Shown here: one piece after another, positions 52,546-64,000 of the stretch
Layout: the number at the start of each line of letters is the position of its first letter
Position numbering within the stretch: position 1 is the first letter of the stretch
NCBI GenBank assembly: GCA_051362555.1
Contig: CM120641.1
Span: 18,228,001-18,292,000, forward strand
Reading direction: 5' to 3'
Source of the DNA: Lingula anatina
Taxonomy: Eukaryota; Animalia; Brachiopoda
DNA length: 64,000 nt
The notes under the pieces: generated by a model
What the model saw: the letters and a program-made list of their open reading frames with translations, nothing else
Database searches by the model: none
Told to the model about the DNA's origin: nothing
Program-made: the position numbers and the translations under genes

Positions 52546-55500
52546 GAACAGAGAGAGAAAGATAGAGTACTAAGGATTCCTCACGACCAGTACTGGATAT
52601 GTTCAATGTCTCAAACTGCATTCATATACATCACTGTTCTGTCTTCAACACCAGTTTATTACAGTAAATGCATTTGAATATTATTTTATTATTATAATTT
52701 TAGGGTAACACAACATGAATATTTTGAGAATGATATAGAGATTGAAAAAAAAAAAAGAACAATTTAAATAAGTGCTGCTTTAAAAACTGAACATAACGTA
52801 AAATGAATCTCTGTTTACTCATCGCCATAGAAGGGACCATGCATATCATAAAACATAATGAAGACTTGAGCAGATGAAATAAGCTCCTACATTATTGATG
52901 ACCGTGGCTTGGCATCCAGACTAAAGTTATTACACTGGTCTAGTATAGTCTCACTAATATAGTCAAGTGCACTCAAATTGCTATGGGCACTTCTGTTATT
53001 TCCAATCAATTTTCATGGGGCAACACTAATCGCATATGTATCAAATATTCAATGCTCCATTACTCATATCTTGGATATCCCACAATATTAATATTGTATA
53101 AATGTTATAAATATGGGTTCACCCTGGCGTGAAATCCTTTGATCAGTGGCTTTAAAATTCTTTATTTTGGGCATGGCTTTTGGAAGGTTGTTATTGATTT
53201 GATCCAAATTGATTTGACAGAAAAGTGGTGCAAGGGTAATTGGTTAAAACAAAAATGATGTGAGAGTTTGCTCTGTCATAAATTGTGGAGATAATTTGTT
53301 GACCCAGCAGTTATGAACCAGCAAGTATATATATTTTTTTGTTTTAGATTCACCAATCTTTATACCCGAGTGGGCTGTGGTGACTTCTTCAGATCCAGTC
53401 AAGTGTAAAAAAATTCTGGAGGAAAGTAATGTCACATATCCACTAGGTAACTTTTTATATTTTCATTTAATTAATAAAGTGCAGTGCTTTTTCTTATTAT
53501 TATGCTGAAAGTGTTGTACTGGTAAGATGAACACTGTGTAGTGTTTAATATTTGCTTTAGAAAAAGAAGTATTTTTTGTTACATTTAAGGAGGATATTTA
53601 CATTTACATATCAGCAAGAGGTGTATATTTGCCTTTCTGAATAACCTATAAACTGTATAGAAAAATGTATAGAAAACAGCCTCCTTGCATTCTGGAAAAA
53701 TTGTTCATATGTACATCAGTAATGTAACACATTCAGATTGTACTGAACAGCATATATTCATTTGTCCAGCTTGTCGACCAAATGCCACACAGTCATACTA
53801 AATTATATTAAGTAATCCATTTAGTTGATATGAATTATTTAGATGTTGGATTATTATATAACTGATTCCATGCTTTTGTTAACAATTAACAACATCAAAC
53901 ATTTCTGCAAATTGACTCAAAGATTTCTTGACCTACAATATCATTTCCAAACCCTAATCAAATGACTGGTGTATTCAAATTTTAGCTGTATTAGCAGTGA
54001 TATGAGTATGTTGTGAACCATGTACATGTATGGATACCAGGACCTAATCTCTGTGAAACCAAGTCTATCTTTAACTCTTATCATTTCCAAACCAGAGCAA
54101 ATGATTGGGTTTATCAGGTTTTACTTAAACAAGCAGGTTATGTGATTTTTTGGATATACAATATAAAGTGGCATATTAGATTAGGTTAAATGATGTATAA
54201 TAATTTTTCTGTCTTTTAGGTGCTGCTTGCCTGTTCCTCTCTAATAGACAATAAAAAAAATGTACAATTTCCATATTCAGTAAGCTCCATGACTGGGGCT
54301 TTATGTCTTTCATGCTCTACTTGTTTCCCAGTAGTAGTTTTAGAGGAAATTATTTTTGTTGACCCAACCAAAACCAGGGTTACCCTTTATGGGGCTCAAG
54401 TGTGCTGCAATGCATTACATGTTTGTTATATTAAGAGTATGAGTAAGCCTTAATCCACTTACCTTGATAATGTGCTGTCATGGGTTATGCAGAAAATGAG
54501 TTTAACCCATTGAACAAGAAATATATCTGCCTTAGATTTTAGGCTGTCCAATAAATGTTTTATTTACTACAATGTACGCTAATAGTGTTCTCTTATCTTT
54601 GAAATAGGCAGCAAAGCTTGAAATTAAAAAGCTCACACCAACAATGTTTAATCTTTTTAATGAAGATTTGTATAAAATTGAAAATTATATTTCAAAATGA
54701 CAAAAATGGATTTATTTTTTTGTTTATGCAAAAGAATGAAACATGTTAAATGGCATATATTGGTGGAATTATGTCAACTCTTTGGCCATAAAAAATGTTG
54801 TTTTCTTGTTGCGTGTATATAGTTCTTGTACCACTGATGTGTTCTAATTTGTACTGTTTTTCTTTTCACAGTGTGCAAACCCCTGTTGGCAGAGTCCCAT
54901 GAGGTAATTGCACAAGATCAATACATTAAAACTTTTCAAAAATGCTCCATTTGCTGTAAATGGATCTGTTGATATGTAGTCTACTTTTGTTATCCCACTT
55001 AATAAATGTAGAATCCAGCTAGTCATAGGCTTAAGTTGATCACCTGCAGTAAATATTGACTTGGTGATAAACTGTAGAATCATCTGATAAGTTTGCCTGT
55101 TAGTAAATCATTGATGAACTCTGACAAAACTTAAAAAGCTTTACTGTGTTGCATTATTTTTGCTGTCAAAGTAAAAAAAAATTTAAGTAAATTTGATGAA
55201 TTTTTCATAATTCATATCTATCTGTATTCATCATTAATCTTCATTTTGAGCAGCACATAGCACTCATTTAACATAGTGAACTTTGTCATATTCCAGATGG
55301 CAATCATCTTCACTGAAGAAGGTCTGAAGGATGTACAGCCGCCTTATGTCGCGCAGTCTTTCATCAATCACAGTGCAATTCTCTACAAACTCTATGTTGT
55401 CGGTGACGAGCTTTTCTTCGTCCAGCGGCCATCTTTGAAGAACTTCACTCCAGAGTGTAAGATACTCCTATAAACATACATTGGCCATAATTAAACTGTA

Positions 55501-58500
55501 AGCAAACATCCAATTATTTCTTCTCTTTTTTGTTACCCTGAGTCTGATGATGCTATTGGGTTGATGATGATGATGCTGATGATGATGTGACAGGCTTTTG
55601 GTGATTTTCCAGCACAAGATTGAAGCTGTTTTAAAGCCTCAACTGCTAATCAATTGAATTGAATTGAATTGAATTGTTTTGCATTGACCATTTCTCCCTT
55701 TAGGATCAATGGAATGTTGGTTTTTACAAGTTCCTATGTTCATATTCATGTAGAACGTGCTGCATATTCACAGATATGCTTTATGGATGTTTTTTTTTTA
55801 TATTACACATATGACATTAGGTGAGATGTTAGTAAGCGATGCATTTTTAGGGGCATGAGTTGTCCCCACTATAGTTCCAACCCATTGGCACACATTTTAA
55901 AAATAAGACGGCGACAGGATGTACCATTGCACCAAATATCAGTCCCATTAAGTTTGACTAACAAAAGGTGAAATGTGAATTAATGCTACCTACTTGCCTG
56001 CAATTTTGTGTGGTGACTCAACTGATAGTATTATATTTTTTATCACAATGAACAAAATGACAGTTCTTTCACATCCAGGTTTAAATAACTGTAACACCTT
56101 TCCCTGAAGGACTTTTACCCAATTTTCGCACAGTTCCCATGATATTCTACCTTTTCAGATATTCGTACAATAACCACTGCATTGTGTTGCTTTATATAGG
56201 ACAATACGATGTGGCCACATAAATATTTATATTATTTGAGTGGTTTTCCTAAGAAGAACACAGATTGTGTGAAGGGAGGGATGTGTTGACAATATGATTT
56301 ATGATTACATACCTTTGAATGTGGGCGAATATTTTATGGGGGTTGGAGAAAATGTTTTAACATAAAGATGGTCAAGCATACCATACATAAGTGGCTTACA
56401 GGTGATTTTGTGATATCAGAATGACTAAATATACCATACCAACCAGTATAAGTGGGCAGAAAAGGTCATGACAAGGAGATGAAAATATGTAGCAGTACGA
56501 GCAGGAGTTTTACAAATTGGAGTCATGCCATTTAAATGAGAAAAGAAACAAGATCCAAGATTCCTATTTAAATGGCTTTCAAAAAAAAATTATTGATACT
56601 TAATTTTTTTATTTTGTTTCAGTGCCAGGGTTAAAAAATTGGAACACATTTTAAAATATTATTTTTATCATGATTATTTATACTTTGTTTACTTTCAACA
56701 GTTGATTATGATAATAATTGTTAGTTACTACAGGGCTCAATACAGATCCAAAATGCTAAGAAAACTCTGGTCTTGTGGGTCTATATTGATTTTTGTAGCT
56801 GCATTCTACTTAGGAAAACTACTGATGGGCTATTCCCATTGATTTTCACACACATGCTTGGATTGTTTACAAATGAGTGTTTTTTTACAGACTAGACACT
56901 ATGAAAACATTGTCTGACATTTCTTATGTTTCTTAAGTAAAAGAATTACAATTTACTCCGATTTTGTTATATAATACCAAGAAGTAAAAGTAACTTGTAT
57001 GTTTTTCTGCATTTTTGTAAACAGTGTTTTAATTAAAAAATTGTTTAAACATGCATAAATGGTGTAGTTGAATATGATATAAGTTTAAAATATACATATA
57101 TGGTTGAATTGAATATGATATAGGTTAACAGTGTGCTCTCTCTATCAGATAAAACATTTTTTGTATAAATTTCATTTATTTACAGAATTTGTTTCGGTTT
57201 AAACAGATCTTGATTTGTGTTTTCAATTCTTTTTCCCCAGCAGCCACAGAGACAGATACCATCTTCTTCCACACATTTGATGTGTCCAAGGAGAACTCTT
57301 CAGTCTTCCTGAACAAGGTAATTTTACAGCCCTACGGCCATTTTCATGGCTAGAAAGGTTTTTCTTTTGAACACTACGATTCCCTCCTGCCTTCAAGCCT
57401 GTCCTAGGAAGTAATAAATGTCTCAAAACTAAGGCTGCATTCACAACTAAGGTGATTCACTGACCAACTGGTCTGCAGATCAATATGGCGCACACTTGAC
57501 AATGGATTCCCTCCGTCCCAGCTGGGGCAGAGTAATTAAATTTGGGTATGCTTTCAAGTGGATTGTGCCATGTTTGATCTGCGGACATAATTTACTGTAT
57601 TTATACCTGCCAAATGCTTCTTAGCCATGTTATATGTATGAAAGTTTAACCACATTGTGTCCTGAAAAGATGAAGTCATCTTTATGGACAAATAAGTTTA
57701 GAATCTGATTCCCAGTGGGCAGAGGTTTAGCCAGGATTTTAAAATGGGAAGTGCAAATCCATTTTCTTACTGAGACAGGCTGTCTAAGTTAATTATATAA
57801 AATTGTAAGAAATGGGAGCCTAAAAGATAGCTATAATGGGTGACAATTTATTCCAGATGGACCCAGAGGACCAAAAAAATGATCTAATTCAACCAAGAGA
57901 ATCCCACCTGAGGAAGATTACTGACAGCATTCGTGCAACATTGGGAATGGACCTCCTGGGAATAGACGTGATTATTGAAGATGATACAGGGCGCTATGCT
58001 GTGATTGATGTCAACGCCTTTCCTGGTAGGGTCATGTGTCTTATCCCATATACTGTATATCAAAGGGTTACGTGATTTATTGGAAATTGCAAACCAAACA
58101 TGTCCTTTTAGGATGTGGGAAAAGACAGGGCCCATCTATGTCTTTGTAAAATTCTCCACAATTTTTGGCAAGAATTCGAAGGAGTTGCACATATATTCTT
58201 ATTGACACAGTGAAACATTGAAAAGGTGATTTCTATTACATTTGAACTCTTACCTGGTGAGATATGAAGGGGATAACATTTTCACATTATCTCATGACCC
58301 AGACATTATTGAGCGATAAAAAAACTGGTGTACATCCATTAAGGCCCGGTGATTAAAATGGCTCATTCCTGTACAGCATTAGTGAAGATCATATTGACTA
58401 ACTTTCCATTACTGCACAAAGTATTAGTTGACCCATAAGCTGTTTTAGTACAGAGTAAAATGTGTAGATTTGTGCTGAACTGAACCCTTGCATATATAAA

Positions 58501-59526
58501 AATAACGGAAATAAATCTAGCTATCTTCCTTCCTTTTTATAACAAATAAGACTGCTTTTCTGTAAGAAAAGGTTTGTGTGTGTGTGTGTTAAAGGTACAT
58601 ATGAACCGAGCATGGATTCCCAGTAACACTAATAAACCACTTCTACTAATTTCTTATGCGACTCAAATAAATTTGACATGCCAAGGGATAAAGTGAGTAA
58701 ATCACTCGATCGGCCATAAAAGAGCTTTAGACTGCTCCTTTCTTTAAATTTTTGGTCAGAAAATTTAACCTGCTTATCTGAACTACTCTCTGTCCCATTT
58801 ATATACAGCATAGAAAGCTTGCAGATAATCTATTCAAATTTCATTTTTCAGGTAATATTAAACAACGTCTTTTGGTAATTCTCTTAGTTATACTATTTGA
58901 AACTATACGCTAACATTTGTTTGGCTTTTGTTGCAAAAAAAAAAAAAAAAAATTGACTTCATATGCATCTTTAAGGCTTGATTAGTTCAAGAATATCTTG
59001 AAAATATACTAATTGACCCCATCAGACAGCAAAATTACCATCCTTTAGTCTGTTTTGATTAGTTCACTAAAATCAGTGTTTTGTTTAGTTTGGTGCAAAC
59101 AAACAAATTAAACACTAGATTTTAGTGCAACAATCTGATAAACATGCATAGTTAGTAAGTGTATCAGGTTATGTAGAGTATTCCTGCATCTTGCTTGATT
59201 TATTGATTGAATTTGCTTTCATGTCCAAAATTCCAAAACTCTTGAAGTATTCAATTATTGATAGTGATTTGATGTGCACGGTGTCAGTTTCCACATTTGA
59301 CTGCATTCTTGGTTCCCTAATTTTTCAAATGTAAATTTTATTTTTAGGTTACAAGGGAATCCCAGAATTCTTCAAAGTCCTGAAAGATTTTATCTTGAAG
59401 AAAGTGACTTCGTTAGACGTAGAGAGCAACAAATTGCTGGGACTCGAGAATGGCTTACATGGTCTGGATGGTATGTCAGCATGCTGTGCAATGAATTACC
59501 AGGACCTTCAGGCAGCTGTATCATAG
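41362..59526 (+). CDS. ITPK1: Inositol-tetrakisphosphate 1-kinase (Ins(1,3,4)P3 5/6-kinase, ATP-grasp), about 360 aa
   Basis: Exons 41362-41447 (MTKIKRIGYWFSEEK), 42113-42149, 42742-42867 (DLSRPLHEQGPFDAIVHKL), 49132-49249 (LLDPF...LLNR), 53348-53446, 54872-54903 (VCKPLLAESHE), 55297-55456 (MAIIF...QSFINHSAILYKLYVVG...QRPSLKNF), 57241-57317, 57857-58025 (LLGIDVIIE...VIDVNAFP), 59348-59526 (GYKGIPEFF...TAG). The frame is continuous and motifs match recalled human ITPK1. Confidence 0.94.
44955..45117. mobile_element. MITE-like element (TAGCCAG...CTGGCTA termini)
   Basis: CCATAGCCAGGGGGGG...GAACCCCCC...GCTGGCTAGGGGCCTG with an internal repeated AAAAGGTCCA, in an ITPK1 intron. Confidence 0.55.
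47159..47373. mobile_element. Palindromic MITE-like element, family A copy 2 (right end truncated)
   Basis: CCCATCCCTAGATCGATCTAACAGGATCGATCCATCTCC aligns with 24641 onward; the central TAATTACCCCCTA is the reverse complement of TAGGGGGTAATTA in copy 1. Confidence 0.75.
47389..47609. repeat. Near-perfect long inverted repeat (96-bp arms, 13-nt loop)
   Basis: Arm 47400-47495 is the reverse complement of 47509-47604 with 6 transition mismatches; outer GAGAG/CTCTC. Confidence 0.92.
48548..48594 (+). repeat. (TG)n followed by a poly-G tract
   Basis: TG repeat running into about 30 G. Confidence 0.85.
48688..48863. mobile_element. MITE-like element, family B (GCATTCAGAAC termini)
   Basis: GCCGCATTCAGAACAA...AAATATGGCCGACCCACT...TGTTCTGAATAGGGC. 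Confidence 0.65.
49457..49742. mobile_element. MITE-like element, family B, long palindromic copy
   Basis: GCATTCAAAACA...CTAAATATGGCTGAC...GGTCTCCCTGCCTCCACA / TGTGGAGGCAGGGAGACC...GTCGGCCATATTTAG...TGTTCTGAATGC. Confidence 0.75.
51788..51938. mobile_element. Short inverted-repeat (MITE-like) element
   Basis: GAGTGCATGATTATAGCCTGAAGGTTC...GAACCTTCAGGCCATCAAGATGCACTC. Confidence 0.55.
52144..52200 (+). repeat. Compound (GT)n(GA)n microsatellite
   Basis: GT run followed directly by a GA run. Confidence 0.9.
52506..52542 (+). repeat. (CA)n microsatellite
   Basis: Direct run of CA dinucleotides. Confidence 0.9.
57433..57586. mobile_element. Degenerate family-B MITE-like element
   Basis: GGCTGCATTCACAAC...GTCTGCAGATCAATATGGCGCACACTTG / CAAGTGGATTGTGCCATGTTTGATCTGCGGAC. 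Confidence 0.5.
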
Positions 59527-62500
59527 CTCAGGGCTGGAAGACACCGTGGGACCATTTTGTCACAATAGCCACCATTTTGATTAGTTCTGTTTTGCTCTTG
59601 TTCTACTTCATTCTGTTGGCATGTTGACAAGCAAATGGTTTTTTGATATTCACAACTTCATTATCAGCAGTTGATTACCATTAATCTAAATTTCATTATA
59701 GACAGTCATGGTTGATAGAATAATCAGCTATTGTGTGGACTTTCAACTAGAATAATAATGATAATAATTATTATTCACATCCAAATCAGATGCCGGACAA
59801 GAGTACAGCAAGACTTATTCATTTAGCATGATGACGAGACCTGGTTCATTGTCAGTCCCACTAAATATCGTCTGCTGTAGTGTTTGTAAAAATTAGATTA
59901 GGTGGCGGTTATTAAGAGACCAATTAGACATTAGATGCATCCATGCAAAAAAGACCAAAAAAAAAGGAGACAAAAAATTAGATTAAGCCATCTTATTAGT
60001 AAAGATCAGATTACAGTGATACCTAATAACAAATCTTTTCTTGGGAGAAGGCAAAACAGCAGATATTAGAACTTTTTTGTATAGACATGATAAAAGGGAC
60101 AGTTGATGGGATTTGAGAGAAAATGAAAAAAAAACATACTTATGAATTAGCCCTGATAGGTAGTCTGCACGTTTCCAGAGCTTACCAACTATTACATGTA
60201 CTTCTGAGTCAGTGACTTGCAGATTGGAAAAAAAAAAGTACAAAAACATGTTTTGAGACAACTATTTTTAACTCAGCTGAATGCAAACAGTCACATGCTT
60301 TCCTTGTATTTCACTTTTGTTGAAAATGTATTTGGTAAGAAAGGTTGTAATACGGTTAAACGGCGTTAATTTCATGTTTGTTTGGACTATTTGAAAGTAT
60401 AAAAGGAAGATTCAAACATCAAAAATCCCATGAGTAGTCCCTTTTATAGACTGAAGGACATCAAAAGGAGCATTATTTCCTGTGTACTTGATTCAAGCGG
60501 GACAGAGAAGTTAATCAATTTGATGAAATAATCAGCAAAAAGCTGAAGAAATCAATACAATACTGAGGGTGGTAGTGGTTGTGTCACATAATAATGTATT
60601 GAATTTTTAATATGCACTTGATGCATCATGCACCAACTGAAATGCATAGTGATCTGAAATAAAACTTTAATATTTTATGATGGCAGATCCAGTATCTTAT
60701 TAAAAATAAAAAAGGGGGGACAGTTTTTTATTTTCATGATTCTGATCCTCCTCACCTGGATTGCCTTTGATTTTAAAGGAACAAAAATAGTCCAGAGATC
60801 TTCCAAGCAATGCATGTAAAATAAAACCAAAACACATCTCAGGAAAGATGCAGAAGTCGTCATACAATTTGATGTGTTCTTTGGTGTTAATGTTTCAAAT
60901 ACAGTTATGTATATAATGTACATATTTTTTATAAGAAGATGTATATTTTATCATCATCTTTGCTATAGGAGCTTTATACTGATCTTGAGTATTTTACATG
61001 GAATTCTGCATGTCAAGTGAGTAATTATTAATGGTAAGGCTCAAATGTGAAGAAAATTAAGGAAAAGCAAGTTGTCAACCTTAGCAAATTTTATTTCATT
61101 TTGATATTAGATAATTCCTTTAGGACATTGGTAAGGGGAAGTCATTTGAAAATGTCTGATTCCAAGTGTATCTAGCAGTGGTAAAAAAAATGGGAAAGGT
61201 TTATTTACAGTTAAAGTGTCAGCATTTTATTCAGAGTTATTTTTTGACAATTTTAAAATTGAAATAATGAAAATTGAATTGAACTAGCAGTGCCAGATTC
61301 TATGTATCATACTGACAACTAGTGCCTTTCTAAGGGTTATGTTATCAATGTATTTGATTAAAATTATTTTGAACACACAGAAGTTTGTCGGTTCAGTGTT
61401 TTTAAACCTTACACAAACTGTACTATTCACACATTCTGTAATGCAAATATTATCCAGCTTCACTATCAAAATGTTGATAAGTCAACTTGGAAAAAGTCAA
61501 TATCATACAACCATCGTGACAGACATTCAAACTTTACAAGAGCAAACATCTGGAGAATGGAGATATTGAAGTCAGAAAAAAAAAGAAACAGTATGATTTT
61601 TACCTCCTCCTTGATTCAAAATCTACCCCTTATGTTGTGATAATTGTTCAATTAGAATTGAAAGGAAAAAAAGAAGTAAATATCCCAATAGCCTGAAAGA
61701 GATTGTATGTGCTGAAATTTAAGTTTGATTTCTGTTTTAACAGAGTACTTTTTTTCAATTTAAAATGTATGTTTTGAATAATTATTCAAATAAAGGTGTC
61801 TTCAGTTCCTAAGTAATTGAAAAGGTATTTGAAAAATACAATTGTGCTAACCTTTGGTTAAATATTGCTCTTGTAATGGCCAACAAATAATTGTTCTTTT
61901 TTATTATGAGAGAGCTGATCAAAGCACAATTGCATACAATTTGCTTCTCTACCACAATCAGGAGAACGTGTTCCACCATGAATGAACAAGTTGGCTGGAT
62001 GTATTCTTCAGTCACTCACAAAAGATTACAAAGATGCACATTTCAACAAAAATATTAAGATGAAAAGCCTCAGCAAGACCTGTAATGAATATTTGCCTGT
62101 TAAGAGCAGTATTATCGTTATGACAAAAACTTACTACCTAGGTATAAAATGTCTGTTTTTCAATTGAGAAAGCTTTACATCATCATCAAAAAAAAAAAAA
62201 AAAAAAAAAAATCCTTATATTTATGCCAATATTTATATAAGAAAAGTAATTCAGTCACCCAAAACAGTATAACTAAATATGCACTGCTGACCTCATAAGA
62301 AAAATTACTTCATATATACCACTGTTTTTGCTCATTTAATTGAAAGTATATATTGAAAGAAAACAAAGCATATATACTATGATAAATTCTGTAGACCAAT
62401 ATTCCTCTTGAAACATGCTTTTATACTTTTTTAATGAAAAAGGGGGAGAAATTTTTCTTCTGCCATTTATGTTGGATGATTTTTTATGTTATAACAGGGA

Positions 62501-64000
62501 AAAAGTATCAAACTTAATGATATTTCAATATGTTGAGGTGATGCAGATAGATGTACCAGCGTCACTAACAGACTATTAGGGAAGTCACTAGTGTATTTTA
62601 GATGGGCCTTATGGCTGGTTAAATAGAAATTCAAGGTTGTTAAGGGCAGTTTAGCAATACTACGTACATGTATCGGATCAAGGCACAGTTGTGATATCTG
62701 TATCTTGCTATGTTAGATGTTATTGAATGAGAATATAATTTTCAGACAAGCTTATCTCTTTCCAACAGAAAAGGAACTTAGAGGCTGTTTTTGTCTCACG
62801 ATATACAAATGTGCATAATTTGTTAAAAATCTTCACAGGGCAATGAAAACTGAGTTGAAATACAATTTTAGCACTTGCCTTCATTTGATCTGAGATGATC
62901 AGATAGGTGAACATTCTTCTCTACTCTCCATACCAGGTTCAAAGTGGGCATATAAAAGGATTAGATCATAAAAAAGGGAAAAAACTGTGGTGGAAAAATC
63001 TTTTTGAAACTAGCTTCTTCAAAGATAACACTGGAAAAACAGGACCATAGAAACATGACGTGAAGGCACAAGTCTCTGCAGCCAGACAGGTAAGGGTTTA
63101 TAATGCATCTTTGATCTTTTTATTTGTAGAATAAAAGAAAATGGGTGACAATTTCCTGTAAAGTTATTGAAAATTAATTTATATGAAAACTTATCTTCTG
63201 AAACTGAAGAATAAAGAAATTGGATTTTTCATAGACTTTTCAATTTTCAATTAATGATGTAAAGACTTCACTTTTTTATTGTCAAAAAACAAATATATGT
63301 ATGCTAAATAATTCAAGCAAAAGTTATAAAGAATTTAAAAATGTTTTGCCACATGAAACAGCAAGCTTGTGAGATATGGTATATAGACACAAAATCAAAG
63401 CACAATTAAATGATCACTCATATTCTTCAAAACAAGTAATACTATTATCACAACTATCATTATAAAATGATCCATATAATTTCAGAGGTACAATTGGGTC
63501 ATTTCTTGGTCCCTTCCACCCTAATTAACACCTGTAAAATGCAGACTATTCTTTAATTTTACTTTTTATCTTATCTAAAGGTATGCAATTTGCTCTGTTT
63601 ATGTTGGATCCTAGTCTGTAATCAACTCTTTGCACCCTAAAATTAGTTAACCTATCATTACATCATCTTTGTTTTTATTTTAATAAAAAACTTAAAAGTT
63701 TTAAGATTTTCCTGTGCAAAATCTGACTGGACTTGCATGGCCACCCACATCGAATAGATAGCTGAGGAAGCTGTCAGGAGGCCACAGCTCTCAGCCAGTG
63801 AGGACTAAATCTGACTATATGGAAAACTCCTTGGTAAAATTGCTTATTTTAAAATTCTTGAATAATGACATAGTGAATGAAATACCCAAGCCAGTTGTGG
63901 CACTATGTGTAACGTTAGCAATAATTTTTTAAAAGTCTGAAATATCTTAATTGTCAGTCTGGTTTTTACATATATAAGTAACCACATATAAAAAAAATAG

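Noticed and set aside
56620-56632. Possible micro-exon after a strong pyrimidine tract in ITPK1 intron 7
   Set aside because: The only nearby donor gives a 7-nt frameshifting exon with a weak GTTAAA site.

Overview
AT-rich, intron-containing eukaryotic genomic DNA, most likely from a marine invertebrate bilaterian (inferred from gene content and repeat style; the species cannot be identified). Most entries in the ORF track are spurious or partial. Reading GT-AG splice sites by hand gives six genes: the 3' part of CFAP70/TTC18 (+, 1153-13075); a secreted chitin-binding-like/8xEGF/PAN-Apple mosaic protein (-, 14222-19807); a 5-exon CXorf65/C22orf15-like gene missed by the ORF track (+, 23339-26023); an intronless FMRFamide-receptor-like class A GPCR (+, 27548-28591); a 3-exon LITAF-domain gene (-, 29831-31601); and a 10-exon ITPK1 (+, 41362-59526). 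There is also an isolated, degraded pyruvate carboxylase exon, relics of GPCR tandem duplicates, several palindromic MITE-like elements (one with a 96-bp near-perfect stem), a Helentron/DINE-1-like element and microsatellites. I found no clearly new multi-gene system. The best leads are the chitin-binding-EGF-PAN protein, a 3-residue deletion in the ITPK1 substrate loop, the orphan PC exon, the intronic hairpins and a duplicated poison-type acceptor in CFAP70. All homology calls rest on recalled family motifs, not database searches.
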